A stretch of 64,000 nucleotides of DNA from NCBI GenBank assembly GCA_965279525.1, contig CBDIIB010000002.1:395240-459239 (forward strand), read 5' to 3'. Shown in pieces: positions 45,497 through 56,019 of this stretch. The first letter of the stretch is position 1, and every line of letters begins with the position of its first letter. The stretch is from Tagaea sp. (lineage in GTDB: Bacteria > Pseudomonadota > Alphaproteobacteria > CACIAM-22H2). The notes beneath the pieces were generated by a model. That model was not told where the DNA came from. It ran no database searches and saw nothing but the letters and a program-made list of their open reading frames with translations. The position numbers and the translations under genes were made by a program.

Positions 45497-46864
45497 TCAG
45501 ATGATCTCGAAGTAGCGCTGATGCTGCCAGTCGGTGATCGCCTTGTTGTACTCGCGCTGCTCCCAGTCGCGGGTCCCCGCGTAGTGCTCGACGAATGCCT
45601 CGCCGAACAGTTCCTTGGCGGCCTTGGAAGCGGCAAGCCGCTTTGCGGCATCGCCCAGCGTGCGCGGCAGCTGGAGCTTGGCCGGCGCTTCGACCGCATA
45701 GGCGTTGCCCTGCACGGGCTTGGTCGGCTCGATCTTGTTGGCGATGCCCCACAGACCCGAACCCAATGCGGCCGAAAAGGCGACATAGGGATTGATGTCG
45801 GCGGCCGCCACCCGATACTCGACGCGCTGCGACTTGGCCGAACCCGGAATGACGCGAAGTGCGGTCGTGCGGTTTTCCACGCCCCACATCGACGCGGTCG
45901 GCGCCCAGAAGCCGGGGATCAGGCGGGTGTAGGAATTGACCGTGCAGGCGATCATCGCCAGCAGTTCGGGCATCAGCATCTGCTGGCCGCCGATGAAATG
46001 TCGCATCGTGTCGGAGATGCCATGCGGCTTCTTCGGGTCGTGGAAAGCCGACTTGCCCTTCTTGTCCTTGAGCGAGATGTGCAGGTGTCCGCTCTGGCCC
46101 GGCCAGTCGTGCGACCATTTCGCCATGAAGGTCGCCATGCGGTTCTGCCGCTGGGCGAGGATCTTGGTGTAGGTCTTGAACAGCGCTGCCTTGTCGGCCG
46201 CGGCAAGGATGCCGTCCACGCCGATGGCCGCTTCCAGCACGCCGGCACCCGTCTCGGTGTGCAGGCCTTCGATCGCCACGTCCATCGCGCGCATCGTGTC
46301 GAGCAGGTGGTGGTAGAAATCCGCGTGCACCGAATTGCGAAGCATCGAATAGCCGTAGTAGCCGGGCGTGATCGTCTTGAGGTTCTTGTAGTTCTTCTCG
46401 CGCACCGTATCGGGCGTCTCGTCGAAGACGAAGAACTCGAACTCGGCGGCGGCCGACGCCGTCAGGCCCATGTCGGCGGCGTACTTGATCACCCGGCGCA
46501 GCGTGCCGCGCGGACACACGGCTTCGGCCCGGTCGGCGAACTCGGCAAGGAACAGCAGCGTCGAGGGTTCGAACGGGATGTCGCGGCACGTGTCGGGCAG
46601 GACGCGGACGGGCGCGTCGGGATAGGCCGTGTGCCAGCCCGTGTATTTCGCGTTGTCGTAGAGCTGGTCGTTCGAATCCCAACCGAGCACGACGTCGCAG
46701 AATCCGAAGCCGCCGGTCAGCGCGGACAGGAACTTCTCGCGCGACATGTACTTGCCGCGCATGATCCCGTCGACGTCGAAGACGCCGATCTTGACGTTGT
46801 CGATCTTGCGCGCGGCGATGAGTGCCGCCGCGTCTTCGGCGGTCTTGACGCTTCTCGGATCCAT
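45497..46864 (-). CDS. Glutamine synthetase-like gamma-glutamyl-amine ligase
   Basis: EFEFF, HTETGAGVLE, TFMAK, GHLHISL, NRTTALRV, RVEYR; flap reads PGFWAP rather than the PGYEAP of true GS. Confidence 0.88.
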   Translation of the reverse strand: MDPRSVKTAEDAAALIAARKIDNVKIGVFDVDGIMRGKYMSREKFLSALTGGFGFCDVVLGWDSNDQLYDNAKYTGWHTAYPDAPVRVLPDTCRDIPFEPSTLLFLAEFADRAEAVCPRGTLRRVIKYAADMGLTASAAAEFEFFVFDETPDTVREKNYKNLKTITPGYYGYSMLRNSVHADFYHHLLDTMRAMDVAIEGLHTETGAGVLEAAIGVDGILAAADKAALFKTYTKILAQRQNRMATFMAKWSHDWPGQSGHLHISLKDKKGKSAFHDPKKPHGISDTMRHFIGGQQMLMPELLAMIACTVNSYTRLIPGFWAPTASMWGVENRTTALRVIPGSAKSQRVEYRVAAADINPYVAFSAALGSGLWGIANKIEPTKPVQGNAYAVEAPAKLQLPRTLGDAAKRLAASKAAKELFGEAFVEHYAGTRDWEQREYNKAITDWQHQRYFEII

Positions 46865-46917
46865 TGGGTTCCCCGTTTCGGACGACGGCGCAGGATGCCG
46901 TATCGGGGGCCCGTGCG

Positions 46918-47466
46918 CTAGCAGTTCGGCGAGTTCGGGCAGCTGCCGTTCTCGACGCCCCAGGGCTTGAAGGCGGGCATCAGCTCGACGACAAGCGCGC
47001 TCATGAAACGACGGAATTGCGCGTCGTCCGCGCGGGCCGGGCGCGGCGCCATGCCGGTCGTGCGCGACAGCAGGCTGCCGTACCTGCAGAAGCCCGCGAC
47101 GACACGGAGGGAAGAGGCGCCGGCATCGAACGGCATCGAATTGGCCGCGTCGGTATTGCACGGATTGGAGGTGTTCCGCGCGAAATCGAGCGTGATCCGG
47201 TAGCCGGCCCGGGCCGCGCCGGCATCCGGCGCGAAGGTCAGGCCGTGCAGGTTCGGCTCCGCGTTCATGGCGCCGACAATGTCGGCGCCGGAGAACGGGC
47301 CGCCGTTCATCGCCACCTGCACGGGGCCGAATGCACGGGCCTGGAGCGGGAGGGACGGATCATAGGACGGGTACGCCGACCCGTAAGTCCGCGTGGAGTC
47401 CGCGGCACAGCCGGCGAGGGCGAAGGCCAGCGCAGTCGCGCAGGCGAGGATGGCGGGGCGTTTCAT
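46918..47466 (-). CDS. Hypothetical lipoprotein
   Basis: MKR + hydrophobic stretch + lipobox LAGC (Cys20); ATGA overlap with the hemA stop. Confidence 0.78.
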   Translation of the reverse strand: MKRPAILACATALAFALAGCAADSTRTYGSAYPSYDPSLPLQARAFGPVQVAMNGGPFSGADIVGAMNAEPNLHGLTFAPDAGAARAGYRITLDFARNTSNPCNTDAANSMPFDAGASSLRVVAGFCRYGSLLSRTTGMAPRPARADDAQFRRFMSALVVELMPAFKPWGVENGSCPNSPNC

Positions 47467-48680
47467 GCGGCCTTGCGTAGCTCCAATCTGGCCCAGACGT
47501 CAATCAGGGCGTCGACCAGCCTGTCCATCAGCGCATCGTCGTGGAAGGGCGTGGCCGTCAGCCGCAGGCGCTCGGTCCCGCGCGGGACGGTCGGGTAGTT
47601 GATCGGCTGGACGTAGATGCGATGGCGCTCGAGGAGGTCGTCGGACGCCCGCTTGCAGGCGCGCGCGTCGCCGACCAGCAGCGGCACGATATGCGTGGAC
47701 GACGCCATCAGCGGCAGGCCGGCTTCGGCCAGCAGGCGCTTGAGCCGGGCCGCGCGCTCGGCGAGTGCGGCGCGCTCGACGGTGCTGCGCTTGAGGTGGC
47801 GGATCGCGGCGAGGGCACCTGCCGCGATGACCGGCGGCATGGAGGTCGAGAAGATGAAGCCGGGCGCCACGCTGCGCACCGCATCGCACAGGGCGGCCGA
47901 ACCGGCGACATAGCCGCCGACCACGCCGAAGCCCTTGGCGAGCGTGCCCTGGACGATGTCGACGCGACCTTGCGCGCCGTCGCGCTCGGCAATGCCCGCA
48001 CCGTGCGCGCCATAGAGGCCGACCGCATGGACCTCGTCCAGATACGTGATCGCGTCGTACCGTTCGGCGAGGTCGCAGAACGCGTGGATGGGCGAAACGT
48101 CGCCGTCCATCGAATAGACGCTCTCGAAGGCGACGACCTTGGGGCGTGCGGGATCGATCGCCGCCAGATGGCGTTCGAGATCCGCCGGATCGTTGTGCCG
48201 GAAGACGCGCTTTTCGGCACCCGAATGCCGGATGCCTTCGATCATCGAGGCGTGGTTGAGCTCGTCGGACAGGATCACGACGTCCGGCAGGAGCTTGCCC
48301 AGTGCTGCCAGCGTCGCTTCGTTGGCGTTGTAGCCGGACGTGAAGACGAGGGCGGCGGGCTTGGCATGCAGCCCCGCCAGCTCCGCCTCGAGCAGGACGT
48401 GCTGGTGATTGGTGCCCGAGATGTTGCGCGTGCCGCCGGCCCCTGCACCGTTGGCGCGCAGCGTGGTGGCCATCGCCTCGATCGTCGCGGGATGCTGGCC
48501 CATTCCCATGTAGTCGTTCGAGCACCAGACGACGACGTCGACCGGCCCGTGCGGCGCGTGCCAGACGGCGTGCGGGAACTGGCCGCACTTGCGCTCGAGA
48601 TCGGCGAAGACGCGGTAGCGCCCTTCGGCCTTCAGGCTGCCGGTGGCGTCGGAGAAATAGCGGTCGTAATCCCTGCGCAT
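47463..48680 (-). CDS. hemA: 5-aminolevulinate synthase
   Basis: [55 protein letters not shown] (PLP Lys), [10 protein letters not shown]. Confidence 0.95.
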   Translation of the reverse strand: MRRDYDRYFSDATGSLKAEGRYRVFADLERKCGQFPHAVWHAPHGPVDVVVWCSNDYMGMGQHPATIEAMATTLRANGAGAGGTRNISGTNHQHVLLEAELAGLHAKPAALVFTSGYNANEATLAALGKLLPDVVILSDELNHASMIEGIRHSGAEKRVFRHNDPADLERHLAAIDPARPKVVAFESVYSMDGDVSPIHAFCDLAERYDAITYLDEVHAVGLYGAHGAGIAERDGAQGRVDIVQGTLAKGFGVVGGYVAGSAALCDAVRSVAPGFIFSTSMPPVIAAGALAAIRHLKRSTVERAALAERAARLKRLLAEAGLPLMASSTHIVPLLVGDARACKRASDDLLERHRIYVQPINYPTVPRGTERLRLTATPFHDDALMDRLVDALIDVWARLELRKAA

Positions 48681-48699
48681 CGTCGGAATCCCGGTCCGG

Positions 48700-50097
48700 T
48701 CAGTCCAGCAGGCCCTTGGCCTTGGCCGCCGCATGGCCGTCGTCGAGGCCCTTGCGGAACCGCACGAAGAGCTCGTCGATCTCGCTTTCGGTGATGATGA
48801 GCGGCGGGCAGACGGCGACCCGGTTGTCGAACAGGCCGCGCACCATCAGCCCGGCCGCCTCGCACGCCTTGGCGACCAGCGGGGCGACTGCCTGGGCGGG
48901 CGCGAAGCACGTCTTCGTCGCCTTGTCCTTGACGAGCTGGAGGCCGCCGATGAGCCCTACGCCGGACGCCTCGCCGACCAGCGGATGCTCGGCAAGCGCG
49001 CGCAAGGCCGCCTGGAAGCGGGGGGCGACGCGCCGGACATGGCCGACGATGTCGCGCTCCTCGTAGATCTTCAGCGTCTCGAGCGCCACGGCCGCGGGCA
49101 CCGGATGCGCCGAATAGGTGTAGCCGTGGCCGAAGCTGCCGATCTTGTCGCTCTGGCGCTGCATGGCCTGGAAGACCGGCTCGGACACCATCACGGCGGA
49201 GATCGGCACATAGGCGCTCGACAGCGCCTTGGCGCAGGTCAGGATGTCGGGCTGCATGTCGTAGGTCTGGCTGCCCCACATGTTTCCGGTGCGCCCGAAG
49301 CCGCAGATCACCTCGTCGGCGACGAGCAGGATGCCGTACTTCTTCAGCACCTTCTGGATCTTCGGGAAATAGCCGGTGGGCGGAACGATGGCGCCGCCGG
49401 CACCCATGACGGGCTCGGCGAACATCGCGCAGATCGTCTCGGGATCTTCCGCAAGGATCAGCTTCTCGAGATTGGCGGCAAGGCGCGTCGAATAGGCGTC
49501 CTCGCTCTCGCCGGGCTCGGCACCGCGATAGTGATGCGGCGTCTCGGCATAGGCGACGGGGAAGATCGGCAGGTCGAAGTCGCGCTGGTTGATCGGCAGC
49601 TTGGTCAGCGAGGCCGCCGCGATCGTCACGCCATGATAGGCCTTCTCGCGGCTGATGATCTTCTTGCGCTTCGGCTTGTCCGCGGCATTGGACACGTACC
49701 AGAGGATCTTGATGGCCGTGTCGTTGGCTTCCGAGCCCGAACTCGCGAAGAAGACCTTCGACATCGGGACCGGGGCGAGCTCCTTCAGCTTCTCGGCGAG
49801 CACGATGCCCGGCTCGTGCGATTTGCCGGCGAAGATGTGGTAGTAGGGCAGATCGCGCATCTGGCGCTGGGCGGCTTCGGCCAGGCGCGGCTCGTTGAAG
49901 CCCAGCGAGGCGCACCACAGGCCGGCCAGACCCTCGATATATTCCTTGCCGTTGTCGTCGACGACGTAGATCCCGCGGCCCTTGGCCATGACGACCGGAC
50001 CTTCGGTCTCGTGCGTGCGCAGGTTGGTGTAGGGATGCACCAGAGCGGCAATGTCGCGCGCTGCAAGCGAATTTCCGCGCGGTCGCAAGTCGTTCAT
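48700..50097 (-). CDS. Class III (omega-amine) aminotransferase
   Basis: [48 protein letters not shown]; GAGGAG RBS. Confidence 0.93.
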   Translation of the reverse strand: MNDLRPRGNSLAARDIAALVHPYTNLRTHETEGPVVMAKGRGIYVVDDNGKEYIEGLAGLWCASLGFNEPRLAEAAQRQMRDLPYYHIFAGKSHEPGIVLAEKLKELAPVPMSKVFFASSGSEANDTAIKILWYVSNAADKPKRKKIISREKAYHGVTIAAASLTKLPINQRDFDLPIFPVAYAETPHHYRGAEPGESEDAYSTRLAANLEKLILAEDPETICAMFAEPVMGAGGAIVPPTGYFPKIQKVLKKYGILLVADEVICGFGRTGNMWGSQTYDMQPDILTCAKALSSAYVPISAVMVSEPVFQAMQRQSDKIGSFGHGYTYSAHPVPAAVALETLKIYEERDIVGHVRRVAPRFQAALRALAEHPLVGEASGVGLIGGLQLVKDKATKTCFAPAQAVAPLVAKACEAAGLMVRGLFDNRVAVCPPLIITESEIDELFVRFRKGLDDGHAAAKAKGLLD

Positions 50098-50287
50098 GTC
50101 GGGTTGCTCCTCGAATTCAGACGATCCTATCGTACCACCGCCGCGGCTGTCCTGCGAAGGCCGTTCTCCTCCCGTTCCGGGTTCTGCCCAATCCGGCATC
50201 AAAATTCGATTGATTCGGTCGCGGGAACGATTACCAAGATTGCCCACAGGTCCACCGGGTATCGCGGCGGGGGTCGTTCGAGAAGAA

Positions 50288-50304
50288 CTGGCACGAAAGG
50301 TGCC
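50288..50304 (+). promoter_or_regulatory. Sigma54 (-24/-12) promoter of the Dpp-type operon
   Basis: CTGGCACGAAAGGTGCC, GG-N10-GC, about 46 nt upstream of ATG 50351. Confidence 0.65.
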
Positions 50305-50350
50305 TCGTCCCCCCGCAGGCCGCCCGTAACAATGCACGGAGGAGAAACCG

Positions 50351-51955
50351 ATGTCATCCAACCACACGATCCGCACGATGGCCTTTGCCGCCCTGGCGGG
50401 CGCAATGGCGTGCGGCTTTGCGGCCGAGCGGGCGGAGGCCAAGCCTTTCCGCATGTCCGTCTCGGGCGACGCGAACACGATGGATCCCCATTCGCAGAAC
50501 GCCGGCAACGTCACGCTGCTGCTGCGCCAGATCTACGAGCCGCTGGTCCAGCGCGGCAAGAAGCTCGAACTCGAACCCGGCCTTGCCACCTCGTGGCGCC
50601 AGGTCGAGCCGCTGCGCTGGCGTTTCACGCTGCGCCCGAACGTCAAGTTCTCGAACGGCAACGCCTTCAACGCCGACGACGTGGTCTTCTCGATCACCCG
50701 GGCGAAGCACCAGTTCTCGCAGTACGGCATCTATACCGACACGATCTCCCAGGCGGTCAAGGTCGACGATCTGACGGTCGACATCGTCACGACGATCCCC
50801 GACCCGATCCTGATCCAGAAGATCCCGTCGGTCTTCATGATGGACAAGGAATGGAGCGAGGCCAACAACGCCACGCGCCCGCAGAACGCCGTCGCCCGCG
50901 AGGAGTTCTTCACCGCGCGCAACGCGATGGGCTCGGGCCCGTTCATGGTCCGCAGCCGCGAGCCGGACGTGCGTACCGTCCTGGCGTCGAACCCCAACTG
51001 GTGGAACAACGCCGCGCGTGAAGGCAACGTGACCGAGATCGTCTTCCAGCCGATCGCGCAGGCCGCGACGCGCACGGCGGCCCTGCGTTCGGGCGAGATC
51101 GACTTCATCCTCGATCCCCCGGTGCAGGACGTCGGCCAGCTCGGCCAGGCGCCGGGCCTGAAGATCGTCAACGGGCCGGAAGTCCGCACGATCTTCATCT
51201 CGTTCGACACCAGCCGCGCCGAACTCCTCTATTCGTCGGTGAAGGGCAAGAACCCCTTCAAGGACATCCGCGTGCGTCTGGCGATGTACCACGCGGCCAA
51301 CATCGACGCGATCCACACCCGCGTCATGCGCGGCTCGTCGGTCAACACCGGCTCGCTCTATCCCGAAGCGGTCAACGGCTATTCGAAGGACGGCGACAAG
51401 CGCTATCCGTTCAACCTCGCAGAAGCGCGCAAGCTGATGCGGGAAGCCGGCTACGCCGACGGGTTCGAGGTCACGTTCGACTGCCCGAACAACCGCTACA
51501 TCAACGACGAGGCCATCTGCCAGGCGCTCGTGGCGATGTGGTCGCAGATCGGCATCAAGGCGAACCTCAACGCGCAGCCGCTGGCCACGTACTTCCCCAA
51601 GGTCCAGCGCGACGACACGTCGCTCTACCTGCTCGGCTGGGGCGTTCCGACCTACGACGCGCTCTACTCGATCCAGGCGCTGATCCGCACGCGCGACGGC
51701 CAGCCCGGCAACGGCAGCTGGAACCACGGCCGCTTCTCCGATCCCGACTTCGACCGCGTCATCGACAAGGTCAAGACCGAGCTCGACCAGGACGCGCGCC
51801 GCAAGCTGATCGGCGAGTTCAACAAGCTCTACCACGAGCGCGTGCCGCACATCCCGCTGCACCACCAGATGATCCCGTGGGCCACCCGCTCGAACATCGA
51901 CCTGGTCCATCGCGCGGACAACCAGCTCGAAGTGAAGTGGGTCAAGGTCAACTGA
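50351..51955 (+). CDS. Dipeptide-type ABC transporter substrate-binding protein
   Basis: Signal peptide, TMDPH, YEPLV, WRFTLRPNVKF, GSGPF, NPFKDIRVR, CPNNRYINDE; GGAGG RBS. Confidence 0.93.
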   Translation: MSSNHTIRTMAFAALAGAMACGFAAERAEAKPFRMSVSGDANTMDPHSQNAGNVTLLLRQIYEPLVQRGKKLELEPGLATSWRQVEPLRWRFTLRPNVKFSNGNAFNADDVVFSITRAKHQFSQYGIYTDTISQAVKVDDLTVDIVTTIPDPILIQKIPSVFMMDKEWSEANNATRPQNAVAREEFFTARNAMGSGPFMVRSREPDVRTVLASNPNWWNNAAREGNVTEIVFQPIAQAATRTAALRSGEIDFILDPPVQDVGQLGQAPGLKIVNGPEVRTIFISFDTSRAELLYSSVKGKNPFKDIRVRLAMYHAANIDAIHTRVMRGSSVNTGSLYPEAVNGYSKDGDKRYPFNLAEARKLMREAGYADGFEVTFDCPNNRYINDEAICQALVAMWSQIGIKANLNAQPLATYFPKVQRDDTSLYLLGWGVPTYDALYSIQALIRTRDGQPGNGSWNHGRFSDPDFDRVIDKVKTELDQDARRKLIGEFNKLYHERVPHIPLHHQMIPWATRSNIDLVHRADNQLEVKWVKVN

Positions 51956-51968
51956 TAAGTCGACGTCC

Positions 51969-52008
51969 GGCCGGCTCCGGTCCTGCGGGACCGGAGCCGG
52001 CCATTTTT
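51969..52008 (+). terminator. Intrinsic terminator-like hairpin between SBP and permease
   Basis: GGCCGGCTCCGGTCC-TGCG-GGACCGGAGCCGGCC, 15-bp stem followed by ATTTTT. Confidence 0.7.
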
Positions 52009-52031
52009 CCAAGGGACATCACCCCCCGCCG

Positions 52032-53024
52032 ATGATCGCCTTCGTGATCCGCCGCCTGCTGCAGGCCATTCTCGTGATGATGGCCGTCGGCTTCGTCGCG
52101 TTTTCGCTGTTCGCCTATGTCGGCGATCCGGTGTCGATCATGCTCGGCCAGGATTTCACCGAAGAGACGCGCGTGCGCCTCGTGACCGATCTCGGTCTCG
52201 ACAAGCCGTTCTTCGTCCAGTACTTCAACTTCCTCGTCAATGCGGCACAGGGCCAGTTCGGCATTTCCTATCGCCTCGCGCGCCCGGTCACCGAGCTGCT
52301 GCGCGAACGCCTGCCGGCCACGCTCGAGCTGTCGGCGTGCGCTGCCGTCCTGGCACTCGTCGTCGGCGTGCCGATGGGCGTCTATACCGGCCTCAACCGC
52401 GACACGTGGATCTCGCGCCTGCTGCTGACGGTCAGCCTCGTGGGCGTGTCGCTTCCCACCTTCCTGATCGGCATCCTGCTGATCCTCGTCTTCTCGGTCC
52501 TGCTCGGCTGGCTGCCGTCCTTCGGGCGCGGCACGACCGTGGCGCTGGGCTGGTGGACGACGGGATTCCTCACGCCCACCGGCCTGCGCGCGCTGATCCT
52601 GCCGTCGATCACGCTGGCGCTGTTCCAGATGACGCTGATCATGCGCCTCGTGCGCTCGGAGATGCTCGAGGTGCTGCGCACGGATTACATCAAGTTCGCC
52701 CGCGCGCGCGGCCTGCACAACCGGGCGATCAATTTCGGGCATGCGCTGAAGAACACGCTCGTCCCCGTGATCACGATCACCGGCCTGCAGCTCGGCGGCA
52801 TCATCGCCTTCGCCATCGTCACCGAGACCGTGTTCCAGTGGCCGGGCATGGGCTTCCTGTTCATCCAGTCGGTGAGCTCGGCCGACATCCCGGTGATGGC
52901 GGCCTACCTGCTGCTGATCGCGTTCTTCTTCGTGGTGATCAACCTGATCGTCGACCTGCTGTACTACGCCGTCGATCCGCGCCTGCGCGTCGACCGTGCG
53001 GCGGCGGGCGGCCATGGCCATTGA
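52032..53024 (+). CDS. ABC transporter permease (DppB-like)
   Basis: GDP, LGLDKP, PATLEL, YIKFARARGL, ETVFQWPG, VDPRL. Confidence 0.93.
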   Translation: MIAFVIRRLLQAILVMMAVGFVAFSLFAYVGDPVSIMLGQDFTEETRVRLVTDLGLDKPFFVQYFNFLVNAAQGQFGISYRLARPVTELLRERLPATLELSACAAVLALVVGVPMGVYTGLNRDTWISRLLLTVSLVGVSLPTFLIGILLILVFSVLLGWLPSFGRGTTVALGWWTTGFLTPTGLRALILPSITLALFQMTLIMRLVRSEMLEVLRTDYIKFARARGLHNRAINFGHALKNTLVPVITITGLQLGGIIAFAIVTETVFQWPGMGFLFIQSVSSADIPVMAAYLLLIAFFFVVINLIVDLLYYAVDPRLRVDRAAAGGHGH

Positions 53025-53955
53025 CGGGAAGGTAGCGGCAGTCATGGACGCGATCCGCAGGGCGCTCGATTCCGACATCTATTTCAGCTTCAAACGCTCG
53101 CCCGTCGTCGTGATCTCGGCGATCGTGACGGTGCTGTTCTTCGCCGGCGCCATCTTCGCGCCGCTGATCTCGCCGCAGAATCCGTTCGACCTGCGCCAGC
53201 TCAACCTGATGGACGCCTCGCTGCCGCCGGCCTGGCTGCCCGAAGGCCTGCCGCAGTATCCGCTGGGCACCGACACGCAAGGGCGCGACGTGTTCTCGAC
53301 GATCCTGTTCGGCAGCCGCATCTCGCTGCTGGTCGGCATCCTGTCGGTCGTCTTCGCCATGGTGCTGGGGATCGCGCTGGGCCTGCTGGCGGGTTATCTG
53401 GGCGGCACGGTCGACGCGGTCATCATGCGCATCGCCGACGTCCAGCTCTCGTTCCCGGCGATCCTGATCGCGCTGCTGATCGACGGCGTGGCGCGCATCG
53501 TCATCCCGCGCGATCTCCATCACGAGATCGCGATCTACGTGCTGATCCTGGCCATCGGCTTTTCGGGCTGGGTGCAGTACGCGCGCACGGTGCGCGGCTC
53601 GTGCATGGTCGAGAAGAGCAAGGAATACGTGCAGGCCGCGCGCGTCATCGGCCGCCATCCGGTCGCGATCATGCTGCAGCATGTGCTCCCCAACGTGCTC
53701 GGCCCCGTGCTCGTCATCGCGACGATCCATCTCGCACTCGCCATCATCACCGAGGCGACGCTGTCGTTCCTCGGCGTCGGCGTGCCGCCGACCCAGCCTT
53801 CGCTCGGCACGCTGATCCGCATCGGCAACAACTTCCTGTTCTCGGGCGAATGGTGGATCACCGTCTTCCCGGGGCTCGCCCTCGTCATCATGGTGCTCGC
53901 GGTCAATCTCCTCGGGGACTGGCTGCGCGACGCGCTCAACCCCAAGCTCCGCTGA
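53014..53955 (+). CDS. ABC transporter permease (DppC-like)
   Basis: PLGTDTQGRD, YVQAARVIG, LSFLGVG, LRDALNPK. Alternative start at 53044. Confidence 0.92.
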   Translation: MAIDGKVAAVMDAIRRALDSDIYFSFKRSPVVVISAIVTVLFFAGAIFAPLISPQNPFDLRQLNLMDASLPPAWLPEGLPQYPLGTDTQGRDVFSTILFGSRISLLVGILSVVFAMVLGIALGLLAGYLGGTVDAVIMRIADVQLSFPAILIALLIDGVARIVIPRDLHHEIAIYVLILAIGFSGWVQYARTVRGSCMVEKSKEYVQAARVIGRHPVAIMLQHVLPNVLGPVLVIATIHLALAIITEATLSFLGVGVPPTQPSLGTLIRIGNNFLFSGEWWITVFPGLALVIMVLAVNLLGDWLRDALNPKLR

Positions 53956-53957
53956 CC

Positions 53958-54946
53958 ATGGCCGCCGAACGCCCGCTCCTCGAAGTCAAAGGCCTGCGCG
54001 TCGAGTTTCCGACGCGGCGCGGCACGCTCGTGGCCGTCGACGACATCTCGTTCTCGATCGCACCCGGCGAAGTGCTGGGCGTGGTCGGCGAGTCAGGTGC
54101 CGGCAAGTCGCTGACCGGGGCCGCGATCATCGGCCTGCTCGAGCCGCCCGGCCGGGTCGCCGGCGGCGAGATCCTGCTCGACGGGAGGCGCATCGACAAC
54201 CTGCCGTACGAGCAGATGCGCCGCGTGCGCGGCAAGGAAATCGGCGCGATCTTCCAGGACCCGCTGACCTCGCTCAATCCGCTCTACACGATCGGCCGCC
54301 AGCTGACCGAGACGATCTCGACCCATCTCGACATGCCGGAGAAGGCGGCGCGCGAGCGCGCGATCCAGCTCCTGCAGGATGTCGGCATCCCGGCGGCCGA
54401 GCGGCGCATCGACCACTATCCGCACCAGTTCTCCGGCGGCATGCGCCAGCGCGTGGTCATCGCGTTGGCGCTGTGCGCCAATCCGCGCCTGATCGTCGCC
54501 GACGAGCCGACGACGGCACTCGACGTGTCGATCCAGGCGCAGATCATCACGCTCATCAAGCGCCTGTGCCGCGAGCACGGGACGGCCGTGATGCTGGTCA
54601 CGCACGACATGGGCGTGATCGCCGAGACGGCCGACCGCGTGGCCGTCATGTACGCCGGGCGTATTGCCGAGGTCGGCCCGGTGCGCGATGTCATCCAGCG
54701 CGCGCGCCATCCCTATACCGAAGGGCTGATGGGCTCGATCCCGAAGCTCGGCAACCAGCAGGCGCGTCTCGCCCAGATCGACGGCGCCATGCCGCGCCTG
54801 ACCGCGATCCCGAAGGGCTGTGCCTTCAATCCGCGCTGCACGAAGGTGTTCGACCGCTGCCGGAGCGAACGCCCCGAGCCCATCGCGGTCGGTGAAAGCC
54901 GGGTCGCGTGCTGGCTTTACGACAGCCAGAGCAAGGCGGCCGCCCA

Positions 54947-54950
<4 letters not shown>
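53958..54950 (+). CDS. ABC transporter ATP-binding protein (DppD-like)
   Basis: [32 protein letters not shown]. Confidence 0.94.
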
Positions 54951-55993
<1,043 letters not shown>

Positions 55994-55999
<6 letters not shown>

Positions 56000-56019
56000 A
56001 GCGGCCCGGCTAGAGCGGC
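55994..56019. repeat. 12-bp direct repeat GGCTAGAGCGGC x2 at a convergent gene junction
   Basis: Copies at 55994-56005 and 56008-56019; each contains CTAG and supplies the stop codon of one of the two convergent genes. Confidence 0.7.

Noticed and set aside
42934-45786. 950-aa ORF suggesting a large fusion to the Fe-ADH
   Set aside because: The N-terminal part is an off-frame read of the ALDH and GS-like genes; the real Fe-ADH starts at 44082.
45497-46864. Calling this gene glnA (true glutamine synthetase)
   Set aside because: The flap Glu is replaced by Trp (PGFWAP) and the ALDH/ADH context points to a gamma-glutamyl-amine ligase.
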